The notes beneath the pieces are model-generated. The model was not told where the DNA came from. It was given only the letters and a program-made list of their open reading frames with translations, and searched no databases. From a virus (Duplodnaviria > Caudoviricetes), in the IMG/VR virus record IMGVR_UViG_3300031589_000423, positions 1-27,385 of that record: a stretch of DNA of 27,385 bases. The stretch is one strand, 5' to 3'. Positions 26,826-27,385 of this stretch are shown in pieces; position 1 is the stretch's first letter, and every line of letters begins with the position of its first letter. A program made the position numbers and the translations under genes.

Positions 26826-26854
26826 AGTATAACATCATTTATCAATGTTGTCAA
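26826..26854 (-). promoter_or_regulatory. Sigma70-type promoter
   Basis: TTGACA (26854-26849, contains the upstream TGA stop), 17 nt spacer ending TGT, TATACT (26831-26826). Confidence 0.75.
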
Positions 26855-27255
26855 CTAACTTCTGACTTACCTTTACTAATAGGAACAACATTAATGTATC
26901 CAGCACCTCGACTAGTGTCTTCGCCGTCAGCCTCTAGCATGTTATGCACAATGTCACGGAACCATCTATCTACAATTTCTTCTTCAGGATCATTCTCTAC
27001 ACCATAACCTGCTTCGACAAGTTGTGCGATAAAGTATTCATTCCAGTCAAGTTCAAAGAAGCCGTTACGCACATTCTCTTCGTTAACTTTAATATCGATA
27101 ACATTTACCCAAGGTTCTTTCTTGCGTGTGTGATAGTCTTTAGGATCACGTTGTTTAAGAAGTTCCATCTTTTCAGCTTCTACTTGTGCAACATCTTCAG
27201 CTAACTTTGCTTCTACTTTGTCTTGTCCTGTTAATTTCTTAATAAAGTTTTTCAT
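26851..27255 (-). CDS. Hypothetical phage protein
   Basis: 134 aa, ATG 1 nt after the metK stop. Confidence 0.75.
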   Translation of the reverse strand: MKNFIKKLTGQDKVEAKLAEDVAQVEAEKMELLKQRDPKDYHTRKKEPWVNVIDIKVNEENVRNGFFELDWNEYFIAQLVEAGYGVENDPEEEIVDRWFRDIVHNMLEADGEDTSRGAGYINVVPISKGKSEVS

Positions 27256-27256
27256 A

Positions 27257-27385
27257 TTACCATCCTATTTTTTCCCACGGTACGTCTTTGTCACCAAAGT
27301 GTCCGTAAGTACAATTGTTGCTATAACTATTATAGTTGAATAAATCAAATCTGTCAATGATTCCTTTTGGACTTAAATCTATCTC
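27257..27385 (-). CDS. metK: S-adenosylmethionine synthetase, C-terminal 42 aa (truncated by window edge)
   Basis: Manual translation EIDLSPKGIIDRFDLFNYNSYSNNCTYGHFGDKDVPWEKIGW* matches the MetK C-terminal pattern DLxPxGII..DL..YGHFG..PWEK; absent from the ORF track. Confidence 0.85.
   Translation of the reverse strand, partial: EIDLSPKGIIDRFDLFNYNSYSNNCTYGHFGDKDVPWEKIGW

Noticed and set aside
1-27385. tRNA, CRISPR array, intron/intein, transposase or stop-codon recoding
   Set aside because: Intergenic gaps are short and explained by promoters or a terminator; ORFs are intact under the standard code

Overview
This window looks like part of a large T4-like/jumbo myovirus genome: dense genes, sigma70-type early promoters, TAAATA/TAAGTA late-promoter boxes, a T4 RNase H-like nuclease, a MoxR/VWA pair and a tail-fibre-like gene. 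The first ~17.9 kb is an unusually dense enzyme island. It holds six radical SAM genes (one partial, three with an N-terminal twitch domain), five aspartyl/asparaginyl beta-hydroxylase-like Fe(II) oxygenases, a methyltransferase, a minimal kinase, a Cys-phosphatase, a shortened flavin-dependent halogenase, a GNAT-like protein, a minimal adenylation enzyme and three related beta-propeller proteins. The island is arranged in alternating-strand blocks behind late-promoter-like boxes and abuts a fibre gene. The right part (minus strand) holds core phage genes plus cofactor-supply genes: iscU and the 3' end of metK, which the ORF track missed. My working hypothesis, which is inference only, is a late-expressed, self-supplied phage modification pathway acting on virion proteins or a small molecule. 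All calls come from reading motifs by eye; no database searches were run.
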